From positions 52,819 through 116,818 of the forward strand of contig DENS01000018.1 in NCBI GenBank assembly GCA_002359735.1: a stretch of 64,000 bases of DNA, written 5' to 3'. The DNA is from Micavibrio sp. UBA2638. Its GTDB lineage: Bacteria > Pseudomonadota > Alphaproteobacteria > Micavibrionales > Micavibrionaceae. Below the pieces are notes generated by a model. That model made no database searches and was not told the origin of the DNA. It saw nothing but the letters and a program-made list of their open reading frames with translations. Both the position numbers and the translations under genes were made by a program. Of this stretch, positions 46,084 through 54,985 are shown in pieces; positions within the stretch are counted from its first letter, which is position 1; each line of letters starts with the position of its first letter.

Positions 46084-47390
46084 TGCGCATTTCAAAATCC
46101 ATGCGAAATTCAAAACGCAGTTATATTCGAAGCTCCAGCTTTGTTATGGCTGTGTTGTTCACTATTTTGTGTGGGGGCGCGGCTTTGAGTCTGGGATATT
46201 TTATCAATTATTTCGCGAAGGGACACGTTGTTTACAGCACCAACGCGATTTTGGATGCTGAGCTGAAATACATCAAGGCGCGTGGTTTACCGGATGAAGG
46301 GCGTGATGGTGAATATCTTTATATCTATCTTGATAAAGATCAAACCGGGTTGCCGGAAAATATGTCTGAAGAAGATATGCGCTTAAGTGAGGGCATTCTC
46401 GTATTTAAAATGAATGACGGTCTGCGTGAGAGCTATGCCGGAAAAACATTGCCGCTGGACAACGGGCGGCGTTTGCTTGTTGCGTATAACATAACCAATG
46501 TTGCTGCGGATTTTAAGTTTATGCAATGGTTAGGCATCGCCAGTATTTGTTTTGTTATGCTGGTTGTTTTTATCAGTTACCTGATTAGTGTATTTGTGGT
46601 TAAGGGAACCAACCGCATTGCCGAAACCGCGCAAGATATTATTGCAACGGGGGATTTGTCACGGCGGCTGGAAGTTACAAATCGCTGGGATGATCTGAGT
46701 AATATGGCCGCGGTTTTAAATACACTGCTGGCTCGTATAGAAGAATTGATGCAAGGCGTTCGTCAGGTGTCGGACAATATAGCCCATGATTTACGAACCC
46801 CTTTGACACGCATGCGTAATAAAATCGAAGCGCTGCAAAAAAAACATAAAGACGATAATTATGATGATCTGATAGAGGAGGCAGACCGTTTGCTTTCCAC
46901 ATTTAATGCGCTGCTGCGTATCACACGTATTGAGACAGAGCGCCAGCGTGGGCATTTCGGCGCGGTCGATGTAAAAGCGCTTTTGGAAGATGTTATTGCA
47001 TTTTACGCTCCTTTGGCGGAAGAAAAACATATTAAGATAGACCATCTTCTCAGCGAAGCCATTGTTCATGGGGACCGTGATCTATTGTTTCAGGCCTTTG
47101 CCAATATGCTGGATAACGCCATAAAGTTTACGCCTGAAGGCGGTCATGTTGATATTAAACTTGTGCGTTCGGGGGCACATACGATTGTATCAATTTCGGA
47201 TAGTGGAATTGGTGTGAGCAAGTCCGATGCCGATAAAATTTTTGAACGGTTTTACCGGGCAGAACAAAGCCGTTCGACCAGGGGAACAGGGCTTGGGCTA
47301 AGCCTTGTAAAGGCCGTTATTAATTTGCATCGGGGGCACATTCAAATTGAGCCAAACATGCCGGGTCTGAAGATTGTTACAACTTTGTAA
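46080..47390 (+). CDS. Sensor histidine kinase (2 TM, HAMP, HisKA, HATPase_c)
   Basis: 436 aa with H-box SDNIAHDLRTPLT, N-box LDNAIKFTP and G-boxes DSGIG / GTGLGLSLV. The start overlaps the regulator stop. Confidence 0.9.
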   Translation: MMRISKSMRNSKRSYIRSSSFVMAVLFTILCGGAALSLGYFINYFAKGHVVYSTNAILDAELKYIKARGLPDEGRDGEYLYIYLDKDQTGLPENMSEEDMRLSEGILVFKMNDGLRESYAGKTLPLDNGRRLLVAYNITNVAADFKFMQWLGIASICFVMLVVFISYLISVFVVKGTNRIAETAQDIIATGDLSRRLEVTNRWDDLSNMAAVLNTLLARIEELMQGVRQVSDNIAHDLRTPLTRMRNKIEALQKKHKDDNYDDLIEEADRLLSTFNALLRITRIETERQRGHFGAVDVKALLEDVIAFYAPLAEEKHIKIDHLLSEAIVHGDRDLLFQAFANMLDNAIKFTPEGGHVDIKLVRSGAHTIVSISDSGIGVSKSDADKIFERFYRAEQSRSTRGTGLGLSLVKAVINLHRGHIQIEPNMPGLKIVTTL

Positions 47391-47436
47391 TAATGTGGCC
47401 ATAGAAATGTAAGGCAGTTGCAGGCATTATGATGTA

Positions 47437-48687
47437 ATGAAAATAGCAGTGATAGGAGCAGGCATTTCAGGGTTGGGCGCGGCATATTTATTGTCTCCAG
47501 ATCATGATGTCCATGTATTTGAAAAAAATAATTACACGGGTGGGCACAGCCGAACCATTGACGCCGCCGTTAAATATAGCAAGGTTCCGGTTGATACCGG
47601 GTTTATCGTTTTTAATAATTGGAATTACCCAAATTTAATGGGCTTATTTAAGAAACTAAACGTTCAGTATCATAAATCAAATATGTCCTTCGGTGTTAGT
47701 ATTCAAGATGGTTGGCTTGAATATGCATCCGGCGGCATGTTGGCGCAAAAACGTAATATTTTTCGCCCTGCGTATTGGAAAATGATCTTTGATATTTTGC
47801 GTTTTAATCGCGAAGCCCCAGCCTATATTGACAAAGATGACTCTATAACGCTGGCGCAATGTCTGGATGAAATGAATATGGGGGAATGGTTCCGTAGATA
47901 TTATTTGTTGGCGATGGGGGCCGCGATTTGGAGCTGCCCACTTGAGACCATTATGAAATTTCCGGCCAGGACTTTTTTACAGTTCTTTAAAAACCACGGA
48001 TTATTGAGTATTAACAATCGCCCGCAATGGTATTCTGTTTGCGGCGGAAGCCGTGAATATGTCTCACGTTTAACAAGCGAATTGAAAAATGGTGTCCGTA
48101 ATGATTTTAATGTGATCAAGGTGATGCAAAAATCAGATGGATTCCGAATTGAAGACGATTTGGGAAACGGGGATGATTTTGATGCGGTTATTTTAGCTTG
48201 TCATGCTGACGAAGCGTTGGCGATGATTGAAGAGCCAACCGAAGATGAGCGAGATGTTCTTGGATGTTTCGGTTATCAGGATAACAGGATTGTCGTTCAT
48301 AGCGATGAGAGTTTTATGCCGTATCAGAAGAAATGCTGGGCCAGCTGGGTTTATCTGTCCCGGGATCAGAAGGATGAGCAGCCATCAGTATCATTGAGTT
48401 ACTGGATGAATAACCTGCAACAGTTGGAAACGGATCAGCCTGTATTGGTGACGCTTAACCCTGGCCATGACCCGGCGTCGGAAACCATAATTGATGAGCA
48501 TTCTTTTTCGCATCCAGTATTCGATGAAAAGGCCATAAAGGCGCAATCGCGAATTGCGGATATACAAGGTGTCCGTGGTCTGTGGTTTTGCGGGGCGTAT
48601 CAGCGATATGGGTTTCACGAGGATGGCCTGTTAAGTGCGGTCAATGTCGTAAAGCAAATGGGGGGTACAATCCCATGGGAAACATAA
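47437..48687 (+). CDS. FAD-dependent oxidoreductase (amine-oxidase/desaturase-like), first gene of the lipid-modification cluster
   Basis: 416 aa with KIAVIGAGISGLGAAYLL ... FEKNNYTGGHSRT and C-terminal GLWFCGAYQRYGFHEDG. Confidence 0.85.
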   Translation: MKIAVIGAGISGLGAAYLLSPDHDVHVFEKNNYTGGHSRTIDAAVKYSKVPVDTGFIVFNNWNYPNLMGLFKKLNVQYHKSNMSFGVSIQDGWLEYASGGMLAQKRNIFRPAYWKMIFDILRFNREAPAYIDKDDSITLAQCLDEMNMGEWFRRYYLLAMGAAIWSCPLETIMKFPARTFLQFFKNHGLLSINNRPQWYSVCGGSREYVSRLTSELKNGVRNDFNVIKVMQKSDGFRIEDDLGNGDDFDAVILACHADEALAMIEEPTEDERDVLGCFGYQDNRIVVHSDESFMPYQKKCWASWVYLSRDQKDEQPSVSLSYWMNNLQQLETDQPVLVTLNPGHDPASETIIDEHSFSHPVFDEKAIKAQSRIADIQGVRGLWFCGAYQRYGFHEDGLLSAVNVVKQMGGTIPWET

Positions 48688-49481
48688 GGAATTGTAACGC
48701 TCGCGCTGCGCCGCAAATTATGTTTGGCAAAGTTATGCATGCCCGGCTCTTCCCCAAAAAAAATAAATTCCGCTATGGAATTTACTATTTTAATTTACCT
48801 TTATCGGAATTAAATACTTTGCCTATTGCTTATAACCGTTTTGGGCTGATGAGCTTTCATGATCAAGACCATGGCGCCTGTGACGGGTCTTCCCTTGAAG
48901 AATGGGCACGTGCGTTATTAAAAGATTATGATTTAGCGCAGGTCTGTGACGGGGCAATATCGCTTGTCACCATGCCACGTATATTAGGCTATGTTTTTAA
49001 TCCGGTCAGTTTTTGGCTATGCCGTGACCGTAATCAGCAAATCAGAGCAGTCATTTGCGAGGTGCATAATACTTTTGGTGAGCGCCATAGCTATCTTTGT
49101 GCGCATGAGGATCACAGGCCAATTACCGGCCGCGATATACTTTATGGCGAAAAGTTGTTTCATGTTTCTCCGTTTATGATACGCGATGGAGATTATCAAT
49201 TTCGTTTTGATTTAACGGGCGATCGATTTGGAGTCTGGATTGATTATTTCACGCCGGATGGCAAAAAACAGCTTGTGACATCACTAACCGGTGAGGCAGA
49301 GGCCATGACCAAACAAGGTCTGCGCCGTGCATTTTGGGGGTATCCGCTGGTAACGATAAAGGCGATCGCCCTTATTCATTGGCAAGCACTAAAGCTGGTG
49401 ATTAAAGGTATCAAATATATACCGCGCCCGGCACAAAGAGAGATAAAAATCAGCGCAACGCGCAACATTACAAAAATGTAA
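48675..49481 (+). CDS. DUF1365 family protein
   Basis: GKVMHARLFPKKNKFRYGIYYF ... PRILGYVFNPVSFWLC ... EVHNTFGERHSY ... FHVSPF are strong family blocks. The start is uncertain (ATG 48675 or 48719); the track ORF from 48582 overlaps the preceding gene. Confidence 0.85.
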   Translation: MGNIRNCNARAAPQIMFGKVMHARLFPKKNKFRYGIYYFNLPLSELNTLPIAYNRFGLMSFHDQDHGACDGSSLEEWARALLKDYDLAQVCDGAISLVTMPRILGYVFNPVSFWLCRDRNQQIRAVICEVHNTFGERHSYLCAHEDHRPITGRDILYGEKLFHVSPFMIRDGDYQFRFDLTGDRFGVWIDYFTPDGKKQLVTSLTGEAEAMTKQGLRRAFWGYPLVTIKAIALIHWQALKLVIKGIKYIPRPAQREIKISATRNITKM

Positions 49482-49527
49482 TTTTTCGGCAAGCTGGATG
49501 ATAACAACACTTTAGTAAGATGAAACT

Positions 49528-50691
49528 ATGTTAGCACAAATCGCATCAGATCAGTTATTTAAACGTCTTGATCATTTGGACAGCGGCACGCTCGTGTTGA
49601 AGACTCCAGATGGGAAAACCCGTATATTTGAAGGGAAAAATCCCGGAGAAAAAGCGGAGCTGGAATTGCGTGACTGGAAAGTGGTGACCAATATGCTTCA
49701 GCGCGGCGATATTGCTTTTGCCGAAGATTACCGCGCAGGAAATTGGGACTCCAACAATTTGGTGGCCCTCACGTCATTGGGGCTAAAGAATAAAGTTGCT
49801 TTGGATGATATGGTTGCCGGTCATTCAATTTGGCGTCGATTTTCGATGTTATCGTATTTGCTGCGTTTGAATACATTAAACGGCAGCAAGAAAAACATAC
49901 ATGCCCATTATGATTTGGGGAACGAATTTTATAAGCTCTGGCTTGACCCCTCTATGACGTATTCATCTGCACTATATAAACATGGTGGTGAAACTCTGCC
50001 CGAGGCCCAGAATAATAAATATGATCGCATGATTGACGCCCTTGAAAACACATCAGGCAGCCTGCTTGAAATCGGGTGCGGTTGGGGTGGCTTCGCCGAG
50101 CGCGCTGCTGATAAGGGTCATTATAATATAAAAGGAATTACCCTGTCCGAGGAACAATATGATTATGCAACGGCGCGCTTGCAGGATAAGGCCAATATCG
50201 CCTTGGAAGATTATCGGCATCAAAACGGCAAGTTTGATAACATTGTTTCGATTGAAATGTTCGAGGCCGTTGGTGAACGTTATTGGCCCACATATTTTTC
50301 AAAGGTTGGCAGTCTGCTAAAAAGCAATGGCCGCGCCGTTATTCAAACCATTACGATGAATGAAAACGACTTTCCCCGATACCGCCGGGGCGGTGACTTT
50401 ATACGAAGTTTCATTTTCCCCGGTGGTATGCTGCCTAGCCCCTCGCGCTTCAAAGAGGAAGCCGAGCGGGTTGGGTTGCAATCCGGTAATGAATTTTATT
50501 TCGGTAAGGATTATGCCCGCACATTAGAATTGTGGCTGGATAATTTTGATAATAAGCGTGAAGAAATAATGGCCTTGGGGTTTGATGAAGGATTTATGCG
50601 TTTGTGGCGTTTTTACCTGGCCGCTTGTGCTTCTGGTTTTAAGACCGGAAAGACAAATGTGATGCAGATAGAATTAGGGCATAATGGCTAA
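49528..50691 (+). CDS. Cyclopropane-fatty-acyl-phospholipid synthase family SAM-dependent methyltransferase
   Basis: 387 aa with HAHYDLGNEFYKLWLDPSMTYSSALY and the SAM motif LLEIGCGWGGFA. Confidence 0.9.
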   Translation: MLAQIASDQLFKRLDHLDSGTLVLKTPDGKTRIFEGKNPGEKAELELRDWKVVTNMLQRGDIAFAEDYRAGNWDSNNLVALTSLGLKNKVALDDMVAGHSIWRRFSMLSYLLRLNTLNGSKKNIHAHYDLGNEFYKLWLDPSMTYSSALYKHGGETLPEAQNNKYDRMIDALENTSGSLLEIGCGWGGFAERAADKGHYNIKGITLSEEQYDYATARLQDKANIALEDYRHQNGKFDNIVSIEMFEAVGERYWPTYFSKVGSLLKSNGRAVIQTITMNENDFPRYRRGGDFIRSFIFPGGMLPSPSRFKEEAERVGLQSGNEFYFGKDYARTLELWLDNFDNKREEIMALGFDEGFMRLWRFYLAACASGFKTGKTNVMQIELGHNG

Positions 50692-51295
50692 TTTAAAAAC
50701 GATAATACAGACAGCCAGTGTAATGGCCTTGATTGGCGTTAGCCCTGCTTTGGCTGCCAATTATATTAACCGTCTTGTTCCTAACGCGCAAAAGGTTGGC
50801 ACGGCGCGCATGCAGTATATGTTATGGGATATATACGATGCTGCGTTGTATGCCCCGGATGGGAAATGGTCTTCCAATAGACCATATGCCCTGCAATTAA
50901 CATATCTAAAAAACCTGAACGGTGAAAAGATTGCAGATCGCAGCATACAAGAAATGCGCGGCCAGGGTTTTCATGATGATAACAGGCTGGCTGTCTGGCA
51001 CGAGCAGATGAAGGCCATTTTCCCGGATGTCCAAGAAGGCGATATTTTGATTGGTATTTATACGCAAGAGGCCGAAACTGTATTTTTTGATGCGGAAAAA
51101 GAGATTGGACGAATTATTGACCCGGAATTCGGCAAACGCTTTTTCGGCATATGGTTAAATGAAGCCACAAGTGAGCCGGATATTCGTATGGGATTATTAG
51201 GTAACAAATATAATAATGACAATGGAAAGGCTCAATATGATGTTCAAAACTATGAAAACACTATTGGCTATAGGAGTGCTCGGCGTAATGACTAG
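50684..51295 (+). CDS. Chalcone-isomerase-like family protein (exported)
   Basis: 203 aa with a signal peptide (ASVMALIGVSPALA). MLWDIYDAALYAP ... YALQLTYLKNL is the pattern I associate with chalcone-isomerase-like lipid-binding proteins in cfa clusters. Confidence 0.65.
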   Translation: MANLKTIIQTASVMALIGVSPALAANYINRLVPNAQKVGTARMQYMLWDIYDAALYAPDGKWSSNRPYALQLTYLKNLNGEKIADRSIQEMRGQGFHDDNRLAVWHEQMKAIFPDVQEGDILIGIYTQEAETVFFDAEKEIGRIIDPEFGKRFFGIWLNEATSEPDIRMGLLGNKYNNDNGKAQYDVQNYENTIGYRSARRND

Positions 51296-51773
51296 CTGTT
51301 CTTCAAAAGGGATAACTTCGTATGAAAATGTAGAGCCAAAACTGGTTTTGGAAGAATATTTTAATGGCCCGATTAAGGCTTGGGGCCTGGTTCAAGACCG
51401 ATCGGGGCAAGTGAAGCGCCGTTTTGATGTTGATTTGGTCGGCAAATGGGACGGTGATACCGGTACCTTGACCGAACATTTCAAATATTATGACGGGGAA
51501 ACTCAGGACCGCGTTTGGACAATCACCAAGGTCGCACAGAATAAATACGAGGGGACGGCCGGTGACATACGGGGCAAGGCCAGTGGTCAAATAGCAGGTA
51601 ATGCGGTGCGCTGGGCCTATGTGATGGATTTAGAAGTCGGCGGCACAACCTACGCCATTACCTTTGATGACTGGATGTTTTTAATGAATGATGGTGTTTT
51701 GATTAACAAGTCCAAGCTGAAGAAATTTGGCTTTTCAGTAGGTGAGTTAACCTTGTTCATGCAAAAGCAGTAA
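51252..51773 (+). CDS. DUF3833 family lipoprotein (lipocalin-like)
   Basis: Lipobox MKTLLAIGVLGVMTSC. LEEYFNGPIKAWGLVQDRSGQVKRRFDVDLVGKWDGDTGTLTEHFKYYDGE is typical of the family. Upstream in-frame ATGs lie at 51216 and 51237. Confidence 0.8.
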   Translation: MKTLLAIGVLGVMTSCSSKGITSYENVEPKLVLEEYFNGPIKAWGLVQDRSGQVKRRFDVDLVGKWDGDTGTLTEHFKYYDGETQDRVWTITKVAQNKYEGTAGDIRGKASGQIAGNAVRWAYVMDLEVGGTTYAITFDDWMFLMNDGVLINKSKLKKFGFSVGELTLFMQKQ

Positions 51774-51786
51774 TCCTTTTTGATAT

Positions 51787-52677
51787 ATGGTCGTCAAGAT
51801 GATTTGTTTACGAAAATCCCTGACCATTCTTGTTTTGGTGATTGGCGGGTTGGTCAATACGGCCTGCACGAAAATTGGTCTTTTTGCTGCCAATGTACCG
51901 GCACATTTTAACGATGCCAAAATTGTTCGGGATATAGCCTATGGCCAAAGCGCGCTGCAAAAGCTGGATATATATATTCCTGGGCATATTGATGGCGATG
52001 AAAAGGCCCCTGTGCTGGTTTTCTTTTATGGGGGGCGCTGGAGCGGCGGTAGCAAGGCTCAGTACAAGTTTATTGCAGATGTATTTACCAAAGAAGGGTA
52101 TATCGTTGTTTTGCCTGATTATCGTCAATACCCCGATGTTAAATTCCCTGCATTTGCGCAAGACGCTGCCAGGGCGCTTGCATGGGTGTATCAGAATATT
52201 CAGGGCTATCACGGGGATGTCGAAAATCTGTATTTGGCGGGCCATTCTGCCGGCGCGCATTTAGCCGCCCTGATTGCCACAAATCAGGACTATCTTGCGA
52301 AGCATTCCTTGTCGCTGGATATCATTAATGGGTTTGTTGGCCTATCGGGGCCCTATGCTTTTGTTCCGGATGCGCCGGATTTAGAGGATATGTTCGGGCC
52401 GCCCGAGCGCTATCCCCTAATGCGCGCATCAAATTTTGTGGATGGAACGCAGCCGCCAATGCTATTGATTCATGGTCTGGATGACGAAATTGTGGCTTTA
52501 AAAAACGCCGAAAAGTTGCGTGATGCTATACGGCGCGAAGGCGGGGATGTGCGTTTGGTTACCTATGATGGTATTGATCACGTGGAAACTGTGGGCGCCT
52601 TAATGTGGTTTTGGTCGTATAAGGCGCCAGTCAAAGATGATATGCTGGTATTCTTTCGCAAGGTCCGTCCTGAATAA
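51787..52677 (+). CDS. Alpha/beta hydrolase (esterase/lipase-like), probable lipoprotein
   Basis: 296 aa. LVNTAC lipobox-like, VFFYGGRW oxyanion region, nucleophile elbow GHSAGAH and a C-terminal HGLDDEIV. Confidence 0.85.
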   Translation: MVVKMICLRKSLTILVLVIGGLVNTACTKIGLFAANVPAHFNDAKIVRDIAYGQSALQKLDIYIPGHIDGDEKAPVLVFFYGGRWSGGSKAQYKFIADVFTKEGYIVVLPDYRQYPDVKFPAFAQDAARALAWVYQNIQGYHGDVENLYLAGHSAGAHLAALIATNQDYLAKHSLSLDIINGFVGLSGPYAFVPDAPDLEDMFGPPERYPLMRASNFVDGTQPPMLLIHGLDDEIVALKNAEKLRDAIRREGGDVRLVTYDGIDHVETVGALMWFWSYKAPVKDDMLVFFRKVRPE

Positions 52678-52687
52678 TGCCCGGGTT

Positions 52688-54532
52688 TTAAATATCTGTC
52701 TTAATGCTTTTGTTCCAGGTCATACGCAATGCGTTTGCAATAGCAAGTATATCAATGCCCTCTTGTAAAAGTGCACCCGCCACGGGGCTGATATATCCGG
52801 CGGCGGCGAACCCCATGGCGATTATGCTCAGTGCCATTCCGCCCAGCGCGCTTTGTAAGACTATTTTTCGCATACCGGTCGAAATATGGATGAGTTCATC
52901 AACTTTAACCAAAGAGTTTTCCATGATAACCGCGCCTGCGGCTTCTGCTGTTATGCTGCTGCTTTGCCCGAAAGCAATGCCGACTGTGGCGGATGTTAAG
53001 GCGGGGGCGTCATTAATGCCGTCTCCGACATAAACCGTTGGGCTTTGTGCCGTTTCTTTTCGCACGATTTCGACTTTTTGTTCCGGGCTTTGTGCGGCGT
53101 AAGTTTCTTTTATGCCCATTAAATCGGCCAGATATGTTACCTCAGACTGGCGATCACCCGATACGATCATTGTTTTTGTGAATTGATGACGTGGCCCCAG
53201 GTGATCGATAAATGGCTTGCCGTCCGCGCGCGGCGCATCGCGCAGGCGGATAATTCCGGCATATTGGTCATCGATTGTAATCAGGCACTCCAGACCTTCT
53301 GAGGTGCCGGGCAGATCTTGGGCGCTTTGGGGATTGTTGATCAGAAATTTTTTGCGGCTGGTCAGGGCAATGCGCTGATTATTAATTGTTCCGGTTAGTC
53401 CCATTCCAGGCTTTTCCGATACGGCGCTTGCATCCAGTAATGTTAGATTTTTTTCGTTCGCGGCCTGAAGGATGGCTTGAGCCAAAGGGTGTTTTGAATA
53501 TCTCTCTAAACTGGCGGCCAGCCGTAAAATTGTGTCGCGGTCTTGGGCGGCGGGCACAATGATGTCTGTCATTTCTGGCTTGCCGTAGGTAAGTGTTCCT
53601 GTTTTGTCGAATATGGCGGTGCGGCATGTCGGAAGACGTTCCAAAGCAGTGGGGTCTTTTATGATAATGCCGCGCTTGGCCGCCATGGATATGGCGCTAA
53701 TCAGTGTGATGGGGATTGCAATCAATAAAGGGCAAGGCGTTGCCACAACCAGAACAGCCAGAAAGCGGGTTGGATCGCCGGTTAAAAGCCATGCGGCCAG
53801 TGCAACGAATAGGGCAAAGGGGGCAAAAACGGCGCCGATCTGGTCACCTATGCGGCGCATGGCTGGGCGTCTTTGTTCGGCATCCTGCATCACTTTCATG
53901 ATTTGAGCATAGCGCGAATCGGTTGCCAATTTATCGGCCCGTATGGTAATGGCTGTTTCTCCATTTATGGAACCGGATAAAACAGTGGCCCCTGTTGCCT
54001 TGTTAACCAGATAGGGTTCGCCGGTAAGGTAGGATTCATCCATAGTGCCGTGACCGGATATTACGGTGCCGTCAACCGGTGCGGTTTCATGTGGGTAAAT
54101 TACGATTTTGTCCCCGATTGTAATATTCGCCAAGGGAATATCTGTTGTTTCTGTGCCATTTATACGATGTGCCAGAGCAGGCATGCGATTAGCCAGAGCG
54201 TGTAACACGGAGGAGGCTTTGCTCATGGCATAAAATTCTAAAGCCTGACCGCCGGCCAGCATGATAATAATAATGACGCCAGCAAGATATTCGCCAAGGG
54301 CGGCAGCTGTGATTAGGGCAATAATCGCCATTAAATCGGCGCCAAAATCTTTTTTGAGGAGCTTGCGAGCGATTTGAACAAATAGCGGTATACCGCCGCT
54401 TATCATGATCACCAATAAGGGGAGATCTTTATAGGGGCTATCCCACAGGATGAAATGCAGGGCGATCGCCATGACTGATGCTGCTGCAATCCATAATTCC
54501 CAGTGTTTACATAGCTGCAAAAAATTCTTCAT
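52688..54532 (-). CDS. P1B-type heavy-metal ATPase with a TPCP transmembrane motif and no N-terminal metal-binding domain
   Basis: 614 aa. VVATPCPLLIAIP (TM metal site), DKTGTLT, TGEP and VGDGINDAP are present. It starts directly in the TM helices. Confidence 0.9.
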   Translation of the reverse strand: MKNFLQLCKHWELWIAAASVMAIALHFILWDSPYKDLPLLVIMISGGIPLFVQIARKLLKKDFGADLMAIIALITAAALGEYLAGVIIIIMLAGGQALEFYAMSKASSVLHALANRMPALAHRINGTETTDIPLANITIGDKIVIYPHETAPVDGTVISGHGTMDESYLTGEPYLVNKATGATVLSGSINGETAITIRADKLATDSRYAQIMKVMQDAEQRRPAMRRIGDQIGAVFAPFALFVALAAWLLTGDPTRFLAVLVVATPCPLLIAIPITLISAISMAAKRGIIIKDPTALERLPTCRTAIFDKTGTLTYGKPEMTDIIVPAAQDRDTILRLAASLERYSKHPLAQAILQAANEKNLTLLDASAVSEKPGMGLTGTINNQRIALTSRKKFLINNPQSAQDLPGTSEGLECLITIDDQYAGIIRLRDAPRADGKPFIDHLGPRHQFTKTMIVSGDRQSEVTYLADLMGIKETYAAQSPEQKVEIVRKETAQSPTVYVGDGINDAPALTSATVGIAFGQSSSITAEAAGAVIMENSLVKVDELIHISTGMRKIVLQSALGGMALSIIAMGFAAAGYISPVAGALLQEGIDILAIANALRMTWNKSIKTDI

Positions 54533-54620
54533 GCATTTTTATATCATGAATGGTGATGCGGCTTAAATCGAGATTTTCTTGGGGGCACATATGCGGCGCT
54601 TATATTGCGCGCACAAAAAA

Positions 54621-54707
54621 AGATGCGACTTTAAAAACTGGGTGCAACTCTTTTGTATAAGGCTCGAAGCATAAAGATATGTGTTTGCACGGTTTTTTGT
54701 CGCATCT
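54621..54707 (-). promoter_or_regulatory. Long hairpin plus U7 tract in the 5' leader of the TPCP ATPase (attenuator/riboswitch-like)
   Basis: On the minus strand: AGAUGCGAC (54707-54699) ... GUGCAA / UUGCAC inner stem ... GUCGCAUCU (54629-54621), followed by UUUUUUU (54620-54614). It lies about 80 nt upstream of the ATG at 54532. Confidence 0.4.
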
Positions 54708-54748
54708 TAGATTGACGGAACAAAGGGGATGAGAGTGTGGGTGTTCCG

Positions 54749-54781
54749 CTACTTAAATCGTCCTTTGTGTTGTTTCATCAT
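54749..54781 (-). CDS. Candidate 10-codon leader ORF (MMKQHKGRFK) upstream of the ATPase
   Basis: AAGGAG (complement of 54789-54794) lies 7 nt upstream of ATGATG. The stop is TAG at 54751-54749. Own translation; no other support. Confidence 0.25.
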   Translation of the reverse strand: MMKQHKGRFK

Positions 54782-54871
54782 TTTGTGGCTCCTTTTTCTC
54801 TTGTCTTCTGGTTTCATATTCTCAATTTGTACGGAGTACATTTGTTTTCCTTGCTGTCTATTTATAAGATT

Positions 54872-54900
54872 AATATATCGCGTGATGTCGCATTTGTTAA
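54872..54900 (-). promoter_or_regulatory. Candidate sigma70 promoter for the ATPase leader (TTAACA-17-TATATT on the minus strand)
   Basis: The -35 is the complement of 54895-54900 and the -10 is the complement of 54872-54877, with an exact 17-nt spacer. The spacer contains one ATGCGAC motif copy. Confidence 0.35.
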
Positions 54901-54955
54901 ATTAATTGATTTTATGTTATTAATCGTATTTTCTAATTAACTAATACCTGATACG

Positions 54956-54980
54956 AAAAAGGCGCGGATATCCCCGCGCC
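54956..54980 (-). terminator. Intrinsic terminator of the 71-aa gene
   Basis: On the minus strand: GGCGCGG-GGATAT-CCGCGCC followed by TTTTT, starting 5 nt after the stop at 54986. Confidence 0.7.
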
Positions 54981-54985
54981 CTGGC

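Noticed and set aside
47391-47436. Expected an ECF-sigma (RpoE/ChrR-type) promoter or adjacent sigma/anti-sigma genes for the Cfa/DUF1365 cluster
   Set aside because: No sigma/anti-sigma genes are in the window. I saw no TGATC-type -35 element in the 46-nt gap. Regulation therefore cannot be inferred from sequence here.
48582-48674. Upstream extension of the DUF1365 ORF
   Set aside because: It overlaps the 3' end of the oxidoreductase gene by about 100 nt. The conserved DUF1365 N-terminus (G-K-V-M-H-x-R) starts later.
54737-54940. 67-aa GTG-start hydrophobic ORF (MGVPLLKSSFVLFHHF...)
   Set aside because: It lies on the strand opposite the ATPase leader in an AT-rich stretch. Phe/Leu/Ile richness is what T-rich DNA produces by chance. 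It has no RBS and overlaps the better-supported minus-strand promoter and mini-ORF.
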